Origin: Candidatus Bathyarchaeia archaeon
GTDB taxonomy: Archaea > Thermoproteota > Bathyarchaeia > Bathyarchaeales > Bathycorpusculaceae
Direction: 5' to 3'
DNA: 50,112 bases
NCBI GenBank assembly: GCA_038883715.1
Contig: JAVZLS010000011.1
Location: 1-50,112 of the forward strand
Part shown: positions 1 to 9,713 of the stretch, one piece after another
How positions within the stretch are numbered: position 1 is the first letter of the stretch
Layout of the letters: each line of letters begins with the position of its first letter
The notes under the pieces: model-generated
The model's input: only the letters and a program-made list of their open reading frames with translations
What the model was told of the DNA's origin: nothing
Database searches by the model: none
Made by a program: the position numbers and the translations under genes

Positions 1-471
1 AAGAGCCAAGTAGCTTAAATCGCAGTTTTCTTGATTTAGGGCTTTAGCAAAAAGGTAGCAGCATGTAGATCCGGAAAAATCTGTTTCGCCTTTAAAGCCA
101 AAATTTTCTAGGTTTAAATCCAAAACTCTAGGATCTTTGGACACTTTTGGGTCGTGATGGTCTAGTATTATGGTTAGGTTTCGCCCCATGTTATACTTAG
201 ATATTAGATCCGCGTGTGAAGAGCCTATATCTACATAAAAAATTGTTTGCCCAGTCTTCGAATGTATATCTTTAATCACTTCTTCGTAGACTTTCTCCAG
301 ACAGAAAGTTTCCGCCTTTACTCCTTCCCGTTCCAAAGCCTTCCAGGTTATTGTCGCTGAACATAAGCCATCTGCATCATCATGATGGATAATGATAACC
401 TCTTTTGACATTTCCCTCTTTAAGATTGAAATAACATTTGTAACGTAACGGTCAAAATCCTGCAAAGACAT
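1..471 (-). CDS. DHH-family phosphoesterase (RecJ/Cdc45/GAN-like), 3' end runs off window
   Basis: Manual translation from ATG at 471: MSLQDFDRY...IIIHHDDADGLCSA...YVDIGS...ILDHHDP...SGST, i.e. DHH motifs I-IV; not in ORF track. Confidence 0.85.
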   Translation of the reverse strand, partial: MSLQDFDRYVTNVISILKREMSKEVIIIHHDDADGLCSATITWKALEREGVKAETFCLEKVYEEVIKDIHSKTGQTIFYVDIGSSHADLISKYNMGRNLTIILDHHDPKVSKDPRVLDLNLENFGFKGETDFSGSTCCYLFAKALNQENCDLSYLAL

Positions 472-481
472 TTCTAAACCT

Positions 482-1015
482 CTAAGCAATCGTCTTCAAT
501 AGATCTGAACGGGTTATTATTCCAATAACCTTTTTGCCTCTCGCCACCAGAACCCCCTGCCGTCGCTCGAGCGACGGTCGAATGGCACTTATGCTTGTTT
601 CTTCCGAGACTATTGGCAGTGGAGGGTCCATAACGTTCTTGACTTTCTCATCTGCAATGTTTGATCCCAATTTTCTAATTATGCTTTCCTCGGTTATTGT
701 TCCAATAACTTTGCGTCCATTAATAACTGGCATCTGAGAAATTGCATGTCTAACCATTATCTCGCTAACCTTCAATACACTATCTTCAGGTCTCGCAAAA
801 AGTACACCTCTCGTCATCAAATCTCTACACTTTACCTCTCTCCCCTCGGTTAAGACCTTTAAGATCTTGTTAACCGTTGACAGTCTAGGGTCAACCTTTC
901 CTTGTTCGATTTTCGCAATATGTGCCTGTGAAACCCCGACAAGTTCCGCCAGCTTTTTCTGAGTTAACCTGGCTTCTATTCGCAGTTTTCTAAGCATGGA
1001 ACCCGTTATTATCAA
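482..1015 (-). CDS. XRE-type HTH + CBS-pair transcriptional regulator (COG3620-like)
   Basis: LRKLRIEARLTQKKLAELVGVSQAHIAKIEQG HTH, then two CBS repeats (ISQMPVI, GIITRSDLL). Confidence 0.9.
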   Translation of the reverse strand: MIITGSMLRKLRIEARLTQKKLAELVGVSQAHIAKIEQGKVDPRLSTVNKILKVLTEGREVKCRDLMTRGVLFARPEDSVLKVSEIMVRHAISQMPVINGRKVIGTITEESIIRKLGSNIADEKVKNVMDPPLPIVSEETSISAIRPSLERRQGVLVARGKKVIGIITRSDLLKTIA

Positions 1016-1114
1016 TAATAACCACCAGTTATTCTAAATGCAAATTTAATACAGCAAAATATATATTTTCGTTTTGTACATAAACCGAAACCTCACGAGT
1101 AATGGAGGATCAAT

Positions 1115-2323
1115 TTGCGAAACATAATAGTTGAAAGGTTGAGGCAGACTCCCCTTGAGAAGCAAAGACTAGAGATAGTGGAGAGGAAAGGTTTAGGGCA
1201 TCCGGACTACATTTGCGACGCGGTAATGGAGCAAATATCTCTACGCCTTAGCGAAAAATACTTGGAGAAAACTGGCACAATACTCCATCACAATGTAGAT
1301 AAATCCCTTCTTGTGGCCGGACAGGCTGAACTTAGATTTGGAGGGGGAGTTGTAAAACAACCGATGCTTTTCGTTTTCGGCGACAGAGCAACCACAGAAT
1401 TTGACGGCATAAAAATAGATGTGGAAGAAATAGCCGTAAACGTTGCCAAAGAATGGTTCAAGAAAAACATGCGCTTCGTAGACCCAGACAAACACGTAAA
1501 ATACCAGGTGGAACTTAAACCAGGTTCAGCAGGACTTGTAGACATTTTTAAGCGAAAAGGAAAAGTTTTAGGAGCTAACGACACATCCGCCGCTGTTGGC
1601 TATGCGCCAATGACAAGAACAGAGAAGATAGTACTGAAAACAGAGCAATTCCTAAACTCAAAAGAGTTTAAGAAACGCCATCCAGAGTCTGGCGAAGACA
1701 TAAAAGTTATGGGTTCACGGAACAACAATAGCCTAAACTTGACGATATCAATGGCCTTTGTAGACCGCTTCATAAGCAGCGAAGAGGATTACTTCGAGAA
1801 AAAAGCGAAAATCCTCGAGGAAATAAACAAATTCGTTAGAGCAAACACAGATTTTGAAAGGATAAGCGTCCAATTGAACACGTTGGATGTACGCGGCAGA
1901 GGAATCGATGGCGTATACCTAACCGTCTTAGGAACAAGCGCGGACAGCGGAGACTCTGGGCAAGTGGGCAGAGGAAATCGCGTAAACGGTTTAATATCCC
2001 TAAACAGACCCTTCTGTTCAGAAGCCGCTGCCGGTAAAAACCCAGTAAGCCACGTTGGAAAGATATATAACGTTCTCACATTTAGAGTGGCGCAACACGT
2101 CTACGAGCAGGTGCCAGAACTTGAGGAAGTTTACATATGGCTCTTAAGCGAAATTGGACGCCCAATAGATCAGCCAGCAATTGCCGCAGCCCAGGTTGTT
2201 ATGGCAGAAAACAGCTCGCTTGACAAAGTTAAAAGCAAGATAGAGGCTGTGCTGGAATACGAGCTTGAGAACATTGACAAGTTCTGCATGGAGCTAGCCC
2301 AAGGTAAAATTCCAATATGCTGA
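1115..2323 (+). CDS. mat: Archaeal-type S-adenosylmethionine synthetase
   Basis: [57 protein letters not shown]; TTG start with GGAGG SD. Confidence 0.96.
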   Translation: MRNIIVERLRQTPLEKQRLEIVERKGLGHPDYICDAVMEQISLRLSEKYLEKTGTILHHNVDKSLLVAGQAELRFGGGVVKQPMLFVFGDRATTEFDGIKIDVEEIAVNVAKEWFKKNMRFVDPDKHVKYQVELKPGSAGLVDIFKRKGKVLGANDTSAAVGYAPMTRTEKIVLKTEQFLNSKEFKKRHPESGEDIKVMGSRNNNSLNLTISMAFVDRFISSEEDYFEKKAKILEEINKFVRANTDFERISVQLNTLDVRGRGIDGVYLTVLGTSADSGDSGQVGRGNRVNGLISLNRPFCSEAAAGKNPVSHVGKIYNVLTFRVAQHVYEQVPELEEVYIWLLSEIGRPIDQPAIAAAQVVMAENSSLDKVKSKIEAVLEYELENIDKFCMELAQGKIPIC

Positions 2324-2414
2324 CAATATTCAAATTTTAGCGCTTACATTTTCCTGTTTAAAACGCTTAAATCATAGCCTATCCGAAACTATAGAGAACA
2401 GGAGAGCAAATATC

Positions 2415-2675
2415 ATGGCAGAATCCAGCGAAAAGCTGCCTATCTCCGAATTTTATAAAGTAATAGATTATATCACAATCTTTAAAAGTGAAAAATGGTG
2501 GGAAGCCATAGTAATCTTTGAATCTTTTGGAAGACGCTCTATTGGACTGTATCTTTGGCAAAAGAGAGATGGCGCTTGGAAAAGAAAGCATAAGTTTAAT
2601 GTGAGGAACATGGAGGAATGGAATAGGCTTAAGGACGCCATAGAAAAGCTTGCCCCAAAATTATTGCAAAGGTAA
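2415..2675 (+). CDS. Small Trp-rich protein, possible PC4/YdbC-like nucleic-acid-binding fold
   Basis: 86 aa, SD-like AGGAG; beta-rich pattern ending in NMEEWNRLKDAI helix. Confidence 0.6.
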   Translation: MAESSEKLPISEFYKVIDYITIFKSEKWWEAIVIFESFGRRSIGLYLWQKRDGAWKRKHKFNVRNMEEWNRLKDAIEKLAPKLLQR

Positions 2676-2764
2676 ACCTAATTTGGGATTCTTATTCTAA
2701 ATACGAATCCAAAATTGAATAATTTTATTAATTCACACGTCCAAATCTCAAAGAGGCGATTGGC

Positions 2765-3145
2765 ATGGAAGTTGAAGAAACACAAACAGAAGTCCAGTTT
2801 GGCGAAGGTCCAAACCAGCAAGAACTTGAACAAGTACCAGAAGAGCCCATAAAAGAAGAGCAAACATCAGAACAAGAAATTGAACAAAAAGAACAGAGTA
2901 AGCCAAACGCAAATAATCAAGATAGAAGCAGCTTTATACACGGGCTTTCCGTAGGCTTAGGGTTGGGATGCATCTCAACTTTTGTAATAATGTGGGTTGT
3001 GGTGTTTTTCACCCCGCAGATACCGCCGACATTAACCTATGAATCCATGCTATCAATGTTTATCTATCCAATGCTATACCTGTTGGCAGTGGGGCTTATC
3101 GCATTAACAGCTGGCATAGTAAGAGAATATTATGTCAGAAGATAA
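2765..3145 (+). CDS. Hypothetical membrane protein (acidic E/Q-rich N-terminus, 2 TM helices)
   Basis: Two hydrophobic segments at the C-terminus. Confidence 0.75.
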   Translation: MEVEETQTEVQFGEGPNQQELEQVPEEPIKEEQTSEQEIEQKEQSKPNANNQDRSSFIHGLSVGLGLGCISTFVIMWVVVFFTPQIPPTLTYESMLSMFIYPMLYLLAVGLIALTAGIVREYYVRR

Positions 3146-3238
3146 TAACACAATGTAACCTCGTTAATTCGTATTTCAACTCCTTTTCAGTTAAGGATAA
3201 TTTTATACCTTTAAAACTGAAATTTTAACTGTGAGAAA

Positions 3239-3868
3239 ATGCCGAGCAGGATTAAAAATGTTTTAGAGAAGATTGTTGGCAAAAAAGTGATAGGCCCAGT
3301 TCCTACGTTTTCTGTTTTGCATGTTCTCCGCATCATGGAGCTAATTTCTGAAAAACCATTGGGGCGGGGTAAACTTGCTGAGGAACTGAGGGTTGGGGAA
3401 GGTGTCGTGCGCACTATTATCAATCGATTAAAAAGAGCTGGGCTTATCTCGACATCGAGGGCGGGCTGTCAGTTAACCGTTAAAGGATTTAAACTTTTTG
3501 ATGAATACAGAAAAACTCTTGGGAAACGAGCTAAATTAGAAGAAGCCAAACTTATGCCGGCGCTCTTCAACTCTGCCATACTAGCTAAAAATTGCGGAGA
3601 CAGAGTTAAATCAGGCATAGAACAGCGAGACGCAGCGGTTAAAGTTGGCGCAAAAGGCGCCACCACTATAATTTTTAAGAATGGACGATTAGTTATTCCT
3701 TCTGTCTGCGACGATCTTTCAAGGGATTATCCAAAGACTGCTGAAAAGCTAATTGCGCTTTTGCAGCCGGAGGAAAACGATGTTATTGTAGTTGCAGGTG
3801 CTGACAGTTTAGAATTGGCGGAGTATGGCGCCACAGCTGCAGCATGGACACTTTTTGACGATTGTTAG
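3239..3868 (+). CDS. Winged-helix DNA-binding protein with DUF4443-like C-terminal domain
   Basis: LGRGKLAEELRVGEGVVRTIINRL; GIEQRDAAVKVGAKGATT. Confidence 0.8.
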   Translation: MPSRIKNVLEKIVGKKVIGPVPTFSVLHVLRIMELISEKPLGRGKLAEELRVGEGVVRTIINRLKRAGLISTSRAGCQLTVKGFKLFDEYRKTLGKRAKLEEAKLMPALFNSAILAKNCGDRVKSGIEQRDAAVKVGAKGATTIIFKNGRLVIPSVCDDLSRDYPKTAEKLIALLQPEENDVIVVAGADSLELAEYGATAAAWTLFDDC

Positions 3869-4626
3869 TATGTGTATTTATCTCCTCCTGCAAGTATGCG
3901 TTCCAAAGCCATGTTAAAGTTGACCATCCCCTCATTTGTTTTCGCTGAAACTGGAATAAGAAGGAACTTTAAACCAAGCTGATAAATAGCCTTCATCATG
4001 TTTCTGCTTAAGAGACGCTTTGTACCTTCAAGCTTTTGTTCAATGGCTGCTTCCAATGCTTTTGGATTTGCCGACCAGTCTACAATTTTGTTAACGTCTC
4101 CTTCTGAAAGCAAGTCGCATTTTGAAAGTACATGCACTTGAGGTAGCAGAAAGCGATTATAAACGGCTGCTGAAAGGAACAAATTTGAAACATAATTAAG
4201 CGGATTTAGCGAAAATACAGCGTCGAAAAGGTAGACTATGGCTTTTGGCTCTTTGGTTAATTCGCTAGCTATGTAGGGTCCGCTTGCCCTAAAGGCAAAT
4301 AATTCCATCTGCCCTGGAGTATCAACCAAAACAATGTCTGATTTTAAATCTTCTACGTCCTTTGAAATATTTTCAATTTCCTCGGCTAAAAGGTCTGCAG
4401 CCATTATTAGGGCGCCATTGGGTCCCAAACCGTACTCTTCCATGATTTTGTCCACGCTTATGTAGTCACGAGCGTCCACGTCAGGCGTGTACGGCAGTGT
4501 TAAGGCTCCCGGATCTAAATTCACTATTGCAACGTCTTGCTTCGAAAGTCTTAACCATTCGCTAAAGGCTGCTGTGAGCAGAGACTTTCCAGAGCCAGCT
4601 GTTCCAATGATAAACACAATAAACAT
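3865..4626 (-). CDS. GPN-loop GTPase
   Basis: GTAGSGKS, NLDPG, GLGPNG, DTPGQME, SKCD. Confidence 0.95.
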   Translation of the reverse strand: MFIVFIIGTAGSGKSLLTAAFSEWLRLSKQDVAIVNLDPGALTLPYTPDVDARDYISVDKIMEEYGLGPNGALIMAADLLAEEIENISKDVEDLKSDIVLVDTPGQMELFAFRASGPYIASELTKEPKAIVYLFDAVFSLNPLNYVSNLFLSAAVYNRFLLPQVHVLSKCDLLSEGDVNKIVDWSANPKALEAAIEQKLEGTKRLLSRNMMKAIYQLGLKFLLIPVSAKTNEGMVNFNMALERILAGGDKYTY

Positions 4627-4691
4627 TTCAGTTCACTTATAAGATGATTTTAATTCAATAAACCAATATTCGATGGTAAAAGCTTTTCCTA

Positions 4692-5831
4692 TCACGTTGA
4701 TATTTCGGGAAGTTTCAGCTCTTCTATTTCTCGATATTTTTGTCTTGACAGTATAAATATGGTTACGCTTACACAAATCAAAACTGCAACAATTATTATA
4801 AGCATAATAAAGTAAGCGGGTAGTATGGTTACGGTTATAATTGGGCTGTCTGTTCCACCGTAATCACCGTTTCCAGACCAGCTTGCACGAATTAAACATG
4901 TGCCTGCTTCATTAAGGTTAAGAGTGCATACAAATTGACCAGCAGGATCTGTGGTTGTTATGTTTGCTGCAATCCATTGGGCACCTCCCATTTTAACGTA
5001 GATAGTTATTTTTTCGTTTGACAATTTTGGTATAAGTTGTCCAGAAAGGGTTATTGCGCTTCCTTGTATAACAAGAGTTGATGAAACAGTTAGAGATAAT
5101 GTTGAAGATGCCAATGTCGTGTAACTTGCCGCTACCTGTCCTGGTGACCACTGCTCGCAATTTTCAAGCGTGACAATTATGGGGTTTTCATCAATTAAGT
5201 CCGGCGGACATTCTCCAACTCTCCATCCATCTCTCCAATTTCCGCCAGTGCATTCTGCGATATAATATTTGACGCCATTATAATTCACATAATAGGCTTG
5301 TGTTCTTGCGTAGCGTGGTGGATTCGGAAGACCAACACCAACATTCATGTGTGCCTTATTCTCATAATACAGAAGAACAACATCGAGACCTCCAGCCTTC
5401 ATTATCGAGGCTGCCACGTAACTAAACAAGTCACAATCACCTTTGTTTTCCACAATTGTTTCAATTGGATATTTAGCGGACACTGTTACTTCGTAAGGTA
5501 TTTGGTGAACAATCATTAAAACCCCGTTTGCAAAATTTTCACAGTCACCTTGATAAATTTCCCAAAGTTTTTCTGCAATTGGCAGTAGCGTGTATGGTGT
5601 AACAAATTTTGGAAAATCTGCTTCTGAAACTTGCCTATGACTCTGTCCAACATAATATTCGTAGAGTGCTCGCGTGACAACAACGTTTAACCTATACAGC
5701 CTCGCGCCATTTGGTCGATCTAAAAGATTGTAAGTGCGAGTATAATTTTCCGAAAAGCATGATGAAAGCATGTAGAAAAATGCGGAAAGAACGAGAAGCA
5801 TTGTTAAAGTTTTGGTGATTTTCGGCTTCAT
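4692..5831 (-). CDS. Secreted, membrane-anchored transglutaminase-like cysteine protease-fold protein with Ig-like domain
   Basis: Signal peptide; GDCDLFS, AHMNVGV, YIAECT triad pattern; Ig-like IRASWSGNGDY; C-terminal TM. Confidence 0.7.
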   Translation of the reverse strand: MKPKITKTLTMLLVLSAFFYMLSSCFSENYTRTYNLLDRPNGARLYRLNVVVTRALYEYYVGQSHRQVSEADFPKFVTPYTLLPIAEKLWEIYQGDCENFANGVLMIVHQIPYEVTVSAKYPIETIVENKGDCDLFSYVAASIMKAGGLDVVLLYYENKAHMNVGVGLPNPPRYARTQAYYVNYNGVKYYIAECTGGNWRDGWRVGECPPDLIDENPIIVTLENCEQWSPGQVAASYTTLASSTLSLTVSSTLVIQGSAITLSGQLIPKLSNEKITIYVKMGGAQWIAANITTTDPAGQFVCTLNLNEAGTCLIRASWSGNGDYGGTDSPIITVTILPAYFIMLIIIVAVLICVSVTIFILSRQKYREIEELKLPEIST

Positions 5832-5891
5832 CTTCTCGAATCGTTATTTAAGGCTATTTATGGCTTTTATGAAACCGTAATCAATAAGGTT

Positions 5892-5986
5892 AAAACATAT
5901 GGTTGCTTTGGTGAACCCGGATTTTCAATCATCTAGCAAAAATGTTATCAGCATCTAGCCTGCTCATCATCGCAACCATATGTTTT
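5892..5986 (-). ncRNA. Putative box C/D-like sRNA enclosed in a perfect 15-bp inverted repeat
   Basis: AAAACATATGGTTGC (5892-5906) / GCAACCATATGTTTT (5972-5986); minus strand has ATGATGA, CTGA, ATGATTGA, but a degenerate box D. Confidence 0.5.
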
Positions 5987-5990
5987 TATT

Positions 5991-6806
5991 TTATTCCTTA
6001 AGTTTAACTTTTCCGCCCCTTTCTTTTATCAGTTCTGAAAGTTGGATTATGGCTCTTCCAATACGATCTTTTGCAGTTTTAGAATTCTTGGCCGTTGTTG
6101 ACAAATGGATTTCTATGTGTGGTTTTTTCTCCACGCCTTTTGGATGAGATTTTATGTAAACATAAGGGTTGTCACGCATTGCGATGTCAATAAGTGGGGC
6201 TAGGGCTGACTCCATTATATTATCTGCGTATATACTGGCTTCAAAGAATGTCATGTCACCCGTTTCTTTCTTGAGCATATCGACTACATGCTCATCAAAA
6301 ATTGCTTCCATTTCGGATGGAACGCCAGGCAAAGCAATCAGATCGGTGCCGCCTATTCTCACTAGAACTCCTGGTGCTGTACCAACGGGATTCGGCAATG
6401 GTTCAGCGCCTTCCGGAAGTTTTGCCATTTTAATTCTATGAGCCGTCATCTCAATAGCGTTGATTTTTCTAGCTTTGGCATACTCCTCATACTTTTTTCT
6501 AACCATTTCAAGGGCTTTTTCGTTGAGTTCTAACTTGCGGTTTATGGCTTTTGCTATTCCCTCCAATGTTTTGTCGTCAAAAGTTGGTCCCAATCCGCCC
6601 GTCGTGATTATGAAGCGAGGTTTTCGATCTAGTGCTTCGCGCACGGCGCAAGCAATTTCGTCAACGTCATCGCCGACAACTGTTATCCTTTTAAGGGTAA
6701 CCCCCAATGATGTGGCACGTTTGGCAAGCCATTGGGCATTTGTGTTTAGAGTTTTCCCGGTTAATAGCTCGTTGCCGACGCAAATAATTTCCATCTGCAC
6801 ACTCAT
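5991..6806 (-). CDS. CinA N-terminal/MoeA-like (molybdopterin-binding domain) protein
   Basis: VGNELLTG, NTNAQWLA, TGGLGPTFDDKT, NPVGTAPG, LPGVPSEM. Confidence 0.9.
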   Translation of the reverse strand: MSVQMEIICVGNELLTGKTLNTNAQWLAKRATSLGVTLKRITVVGDDVDEIACAVREALDRKPRFIITTGGLGPTFDDKTLEGIAKAINRKLELNEKALEMVRKKYEEYAKARKINAIEMTAHRIKMAKLPEGAEPLPNPVGTAPGVLVRIGGTDLIALPGVPSEMEAIFDEHVVDMLKKETGDMTFFEASIYADNIMESALAPLIDIAMRDNPYVYIKSHPKGVEKKPHIEIHLSTTAKNSKTAKDRIGRAIIQLSELIKERGGKVKLKE

Positions 6807-6896
6807 ATTTGCACCTCATACAAGCATAATTTAGGATAAGTTTCATTCTTTTATGCTGTTTGCTAACAAACATTAAAACAAGGGATTTTCGGAGCT

Positions 6897-7106
6897 CTAT
6901 TTCTTTTTGCTACTTAGCCACCATTTCAAGTATTCCTTTCTCCGCCTTTCCTTTTCATCCTCCTCGCTCTCAACTGGAGGTCTCAATTTTTCTCTAAGCT
7001 CTATGAGTTCTTGCTGTGTCACTGAAAGCCCACAGCTTTGACAGACATAGTGTTTGGTGGCTATTATGTAGCGCATTTCGCCACCGCATTCTGGACAATA
7101 TGGCAT
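6897..7106 (-). CDS. Small zinc-ribbon protein
   Basis: Probable start MPYCPECGG...YVCQSCG; charged C-terminus ending YLKWWL. Confidence 0.75.
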   Translation of the reverse strand: MPYCPECGGEMRYIIATKHYVCQSCGLSVTQQELIELREKLRPPVESEEDEKERRRKEYLKWWLSSKKK

Positions 7107-7171
7107 CTTAACCACTTTCCACGATAAGAAGGGGTGGGCTTTAAGAAATAGCTTTCGATGAACGTGGCAGC

Positions 7172-8263
7172 TCACGTTATAAAGTTCACTAACCCAGCTT
7201 CTTTCGCGAGCTTAATAGCTCTATCCATTTCGTCCTCTGTCAGTCTTCGCCGAAGTTCTGGGATTTCATATGCCCGCCATTCTGGTCTGTACTGAAACAT
7301 GACATTTACTCTGGTTTCTTTACCAAGGTTTTCAGCTATCCAGTTCAGTATGGGCTTTGTACAACATTCAAGATGACCAGGCAAAACTAAAACACGTATT
7401 ATAAGTACGCCATATTCTCTAGCAACTAAATGGTTTTGGGTGCATGCTTCCCAATAGTTTGGAGCTTCCGAAATTCTCTCAGCGCAGCCTCCTGGTCCAT
7501 ACTTAAAGTCGAGTAGGTAAACGTCCGCAAAGCCAGCTAGAAGCTGGGCTGTTTCTTTGCTGTAATAGGTGTTTGAGTTCCAAACAACGGGTATGTTAAC
7601 ATTCACGTGTTTGAATGTTTCAAGCCACTGTTCTAGCCACGGTGTTGGTTCTCCACCAACAAGGTTTGCGTTTCTGCATCCACCTCTGCGCAATTCTTTA
7701 ACCTCGTCTGCTAGTCTTTCCGGCTTGTACGGTTCCCCGCTTTCAATCCACTGGGATATCGTCCAGTTTTGACAGTGCTTACAGCGCATGGTGCATCCCA
7801 TAGTGAATATGGTTCCGGAAGGCACAAGTTCTGGTTCCTCACCCATGTGCTCAAAAATGCTTGAAACAGTTATCACGTTTCCACATTTGCAAAAGCCTCG
7901 CTCATCCGCAAGCCTGTTCACTCTGCACCTTCGAACGCAGAAATGGCATTTTTCGAGTATACGCCTAGCAATTGCGATTTTTAAGTCTAGGTAGGATTTT
8001 TCAGGCTTTGGCATTTCGTCCAAGCTTTTCTTTTTGGTATCAATTTCTTTTTCGAATTCACAGAATAGTCTTGTGAGTTCTCTATGGATCTGCCAAAGTT
8101 CCTCTAGGGTAGCATTTTCTTTGAAGTCGGCCGGAAGCATTTTGGCTATCAGAAACTTTGCTGGTTTTTCATTTTGCATTACAGCAAAATACCTAGCTAG
8201 GCTTTTCCTCGCCATCTTGTCGTTCAGTACAGCCACAGCGTCTGGACGAATAATCCTCCACAT
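7172..8263 (-). CDS. Radical SAM protein, PflX-like
   Basis: CHFCVRRC, HMGEEPELVPSGTIF, CTMRCKHCQN, VGGEPT, QYRP. Confidence 0.9.
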   Translation of the reverse strand: MWRIIRPDAVAVLNDKMARKSLARYFAVMQNEKPAKFLIAKMLPADFKENATLEELWQIHRELTRLFCEFEKEIDTKKKSLDEMPKPEKSYLDLKIAIARRILEKCHFCVRRCRVNRLADERGFCKCGNVITVSSIFEHMGEEPELVPSGTIFTMGCTMRCKHCQNWTISQWIESGEPYKPERLADEVKELRRGGCRNANLVGGEPTPWLEQWLETFKHVNVNIPVVWNSNTYYSKETAQLLAGFADVYLLDFKYGPGGCAERISEAPNYWEACTQNHLVAREYGVLIIRVLVLPGHLECCTKPILNWIAENLGKETRVNVMFQYRPEWRAYEIPELRRRLTEDEMDRAIKLAKEAGLVNFIT

Positions 8264-8298
8264 CGCTGTTCAACCAGAATTCAAGGCGCAAAAATCAT

Positions 8299-9348
8299 TT
8301 AAAAAAGTGCATATGGATAAGCATAGCCACTAGCATGGAGTTTCCCTTTTATTGGAATTTCCCGACCGCACACCGGACAACGCATATCCTTGGTTAAATT
8401 CCACTTTGTAATCTCAAAACTGAAGCGCTTAATTAAAAGTTCATTGCAGCCTGGGCAATAAGTGTTCTCAGCTGGATGCCCCGGAACATTCCCGATATAA
8501 ACGTAGTTTAAGCCAGCACTCTTAGCGGCAGCGTAAGCCTTCTCCAAAGTCGCGATAGGCGTTGATGGAATATTGGTAAGTTGATAGTCTGGGTGGAAAC
8601 GCAACAAGTGAAAAGGTGTGTCTTCCCCAAGATTTTCTTTTATCCAAGTTGCCAGCTCCTTTATCCTTTCAATGGAATCTCCCATTTTCGGCACAACCAA
8701 ATTCGTAATTTCAATATGAATGCCGTTCCTTTTCATCTCCTTTAAGGACTCGTAGATGGGTTCAACTGATGGAACAGCCGAAAAAACTCTATAAAAGTCA
8801 GGGTCACCCCCGCCTTTAAAATCTACAGTTGCAGCGTCTAGATATGGCGCTATGGTCTTGACAGCCTCTGGCGTCATATATCCATTCGTAACAAAAGTGT
8901 TGAAGAAGCCAACTTGATGCGCAAGTTTAGCCGTCTCGTATGCGTATTCAAAAAATATTGTTGGCTCAGTATATGTGTAACTTATTCCTTGACAACCATT
9001 GTCTCTAGTAGCTTTAACAACCTCTTCTGGTGGGAAATCTCTTCCAGTAATCTTCTTTTCTTGGCTTATCATCCAATTGTCGCAAAATTGACAACGGAAG
9101 TTACAGCCGATGGTGGCGATGGACATGACAGACGCCCCCGGATGGAAATGCGAAAGAGGTTTCTTGCCAATAGGGTCTATACATGCGGATATGGCTTTTC
9201 CGTGAACAAGTGAGTAAAGGGTGCCTTCATTGTTCTTTCTTACGAGACAGAAGCCTGTTCCGCCGTTATTTATTGTGCATCTCCTGCCACATAAATTACA
9301 TTTAACCTTTTTATCCTCAATCTTTTCGTAAAGCATGGCTTCCCTCAT
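8299..9348 (-). CDS. amrS: AmmeMemoRadiSam system radical SAM enzyme
   Basis: CNLCGRRC, DPIGKKPLSHFHPG, CNFRCQFCDN, YTYTEP, RFHPDY, YVYIGNVPG, CPGC/CPVC. Confidence 0.9.
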   Translation of the reverse strand: MREAMLYEKIEDKKVKCNLCGRRCTINNGGTGFCLVRKNNEGTLYSLVHGKAISACIDPIGKKPLSHFHPGASVMSIATIGCNFRCQFCDNWMISQEKKITGRDFPPEEVVKATRDNGCQGISYTYTEPTIFFEYAYETAKLAHQVGFFNTFVTNGYMTPEAVKTIAPYLDAATVDFKGGGDPDFYRVFSAVPSVEPIYESLKEMKRNGIHIEITNLVVPKMGDSIERIKELATWIKENLGEDTPFHLLRFHPDYQLTNIPSTPIATLEKAYAAAKSAGLNYVYIGNVPGHPAENTYCPGCNELLIKRFSFEITKWNLTKDMRCPVCGREIPIKGKLHASGYAYPYALF

Positions 9349-9650
9349 TCTCGTTTTTCCTCCACATGAAACCCATTATTGTTAAAGCCTATTTTCAAGG
9401 CTTTGTAGGCGGCTCTAAACCCCTTTTTATGTCCGTTGGTCACTATTAACCCGGCCTCGCGAAGCTTTTTTAGGTGGAAAGATATTGTTGTGGCTGAAAC
9501 TGGTCTGGGGAGAATTTTCTCTATTTCATTAATTGTTTTTGCTTTTGGATATGCCTGCAGAAGGTATCTGAGTATCTTTGTCCTTGTGGGGTCACTTAAA
9601 GCATCGCATATTTTGTGGCCATTAATGTGTTCTTTCAAGTTTTTCCACAT
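9345..9650 (-). CDS. ArsR-family HTH regulator
   Basis: ALSDPTRTKIL...TISFHLKKLREAGLI; ATGA overlap with amrS. Confidence 0.85.
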   Translation of the reverse strand: MWKNLKEHINGHKICDALSDPTRTKILRYLLQAYPKAKTINEIEKILPRPVSATTISFHLKKLREAGLIVTNGHKKGFRAAYKALKIGFNNNGFHVEEKRE

Positions 9651-9713
9651 ATTTTAATATAAAAATGCAACAATTTAAACTTTCCCGGCTTAATGAGAAA
9701 TACAATCAGAGTT

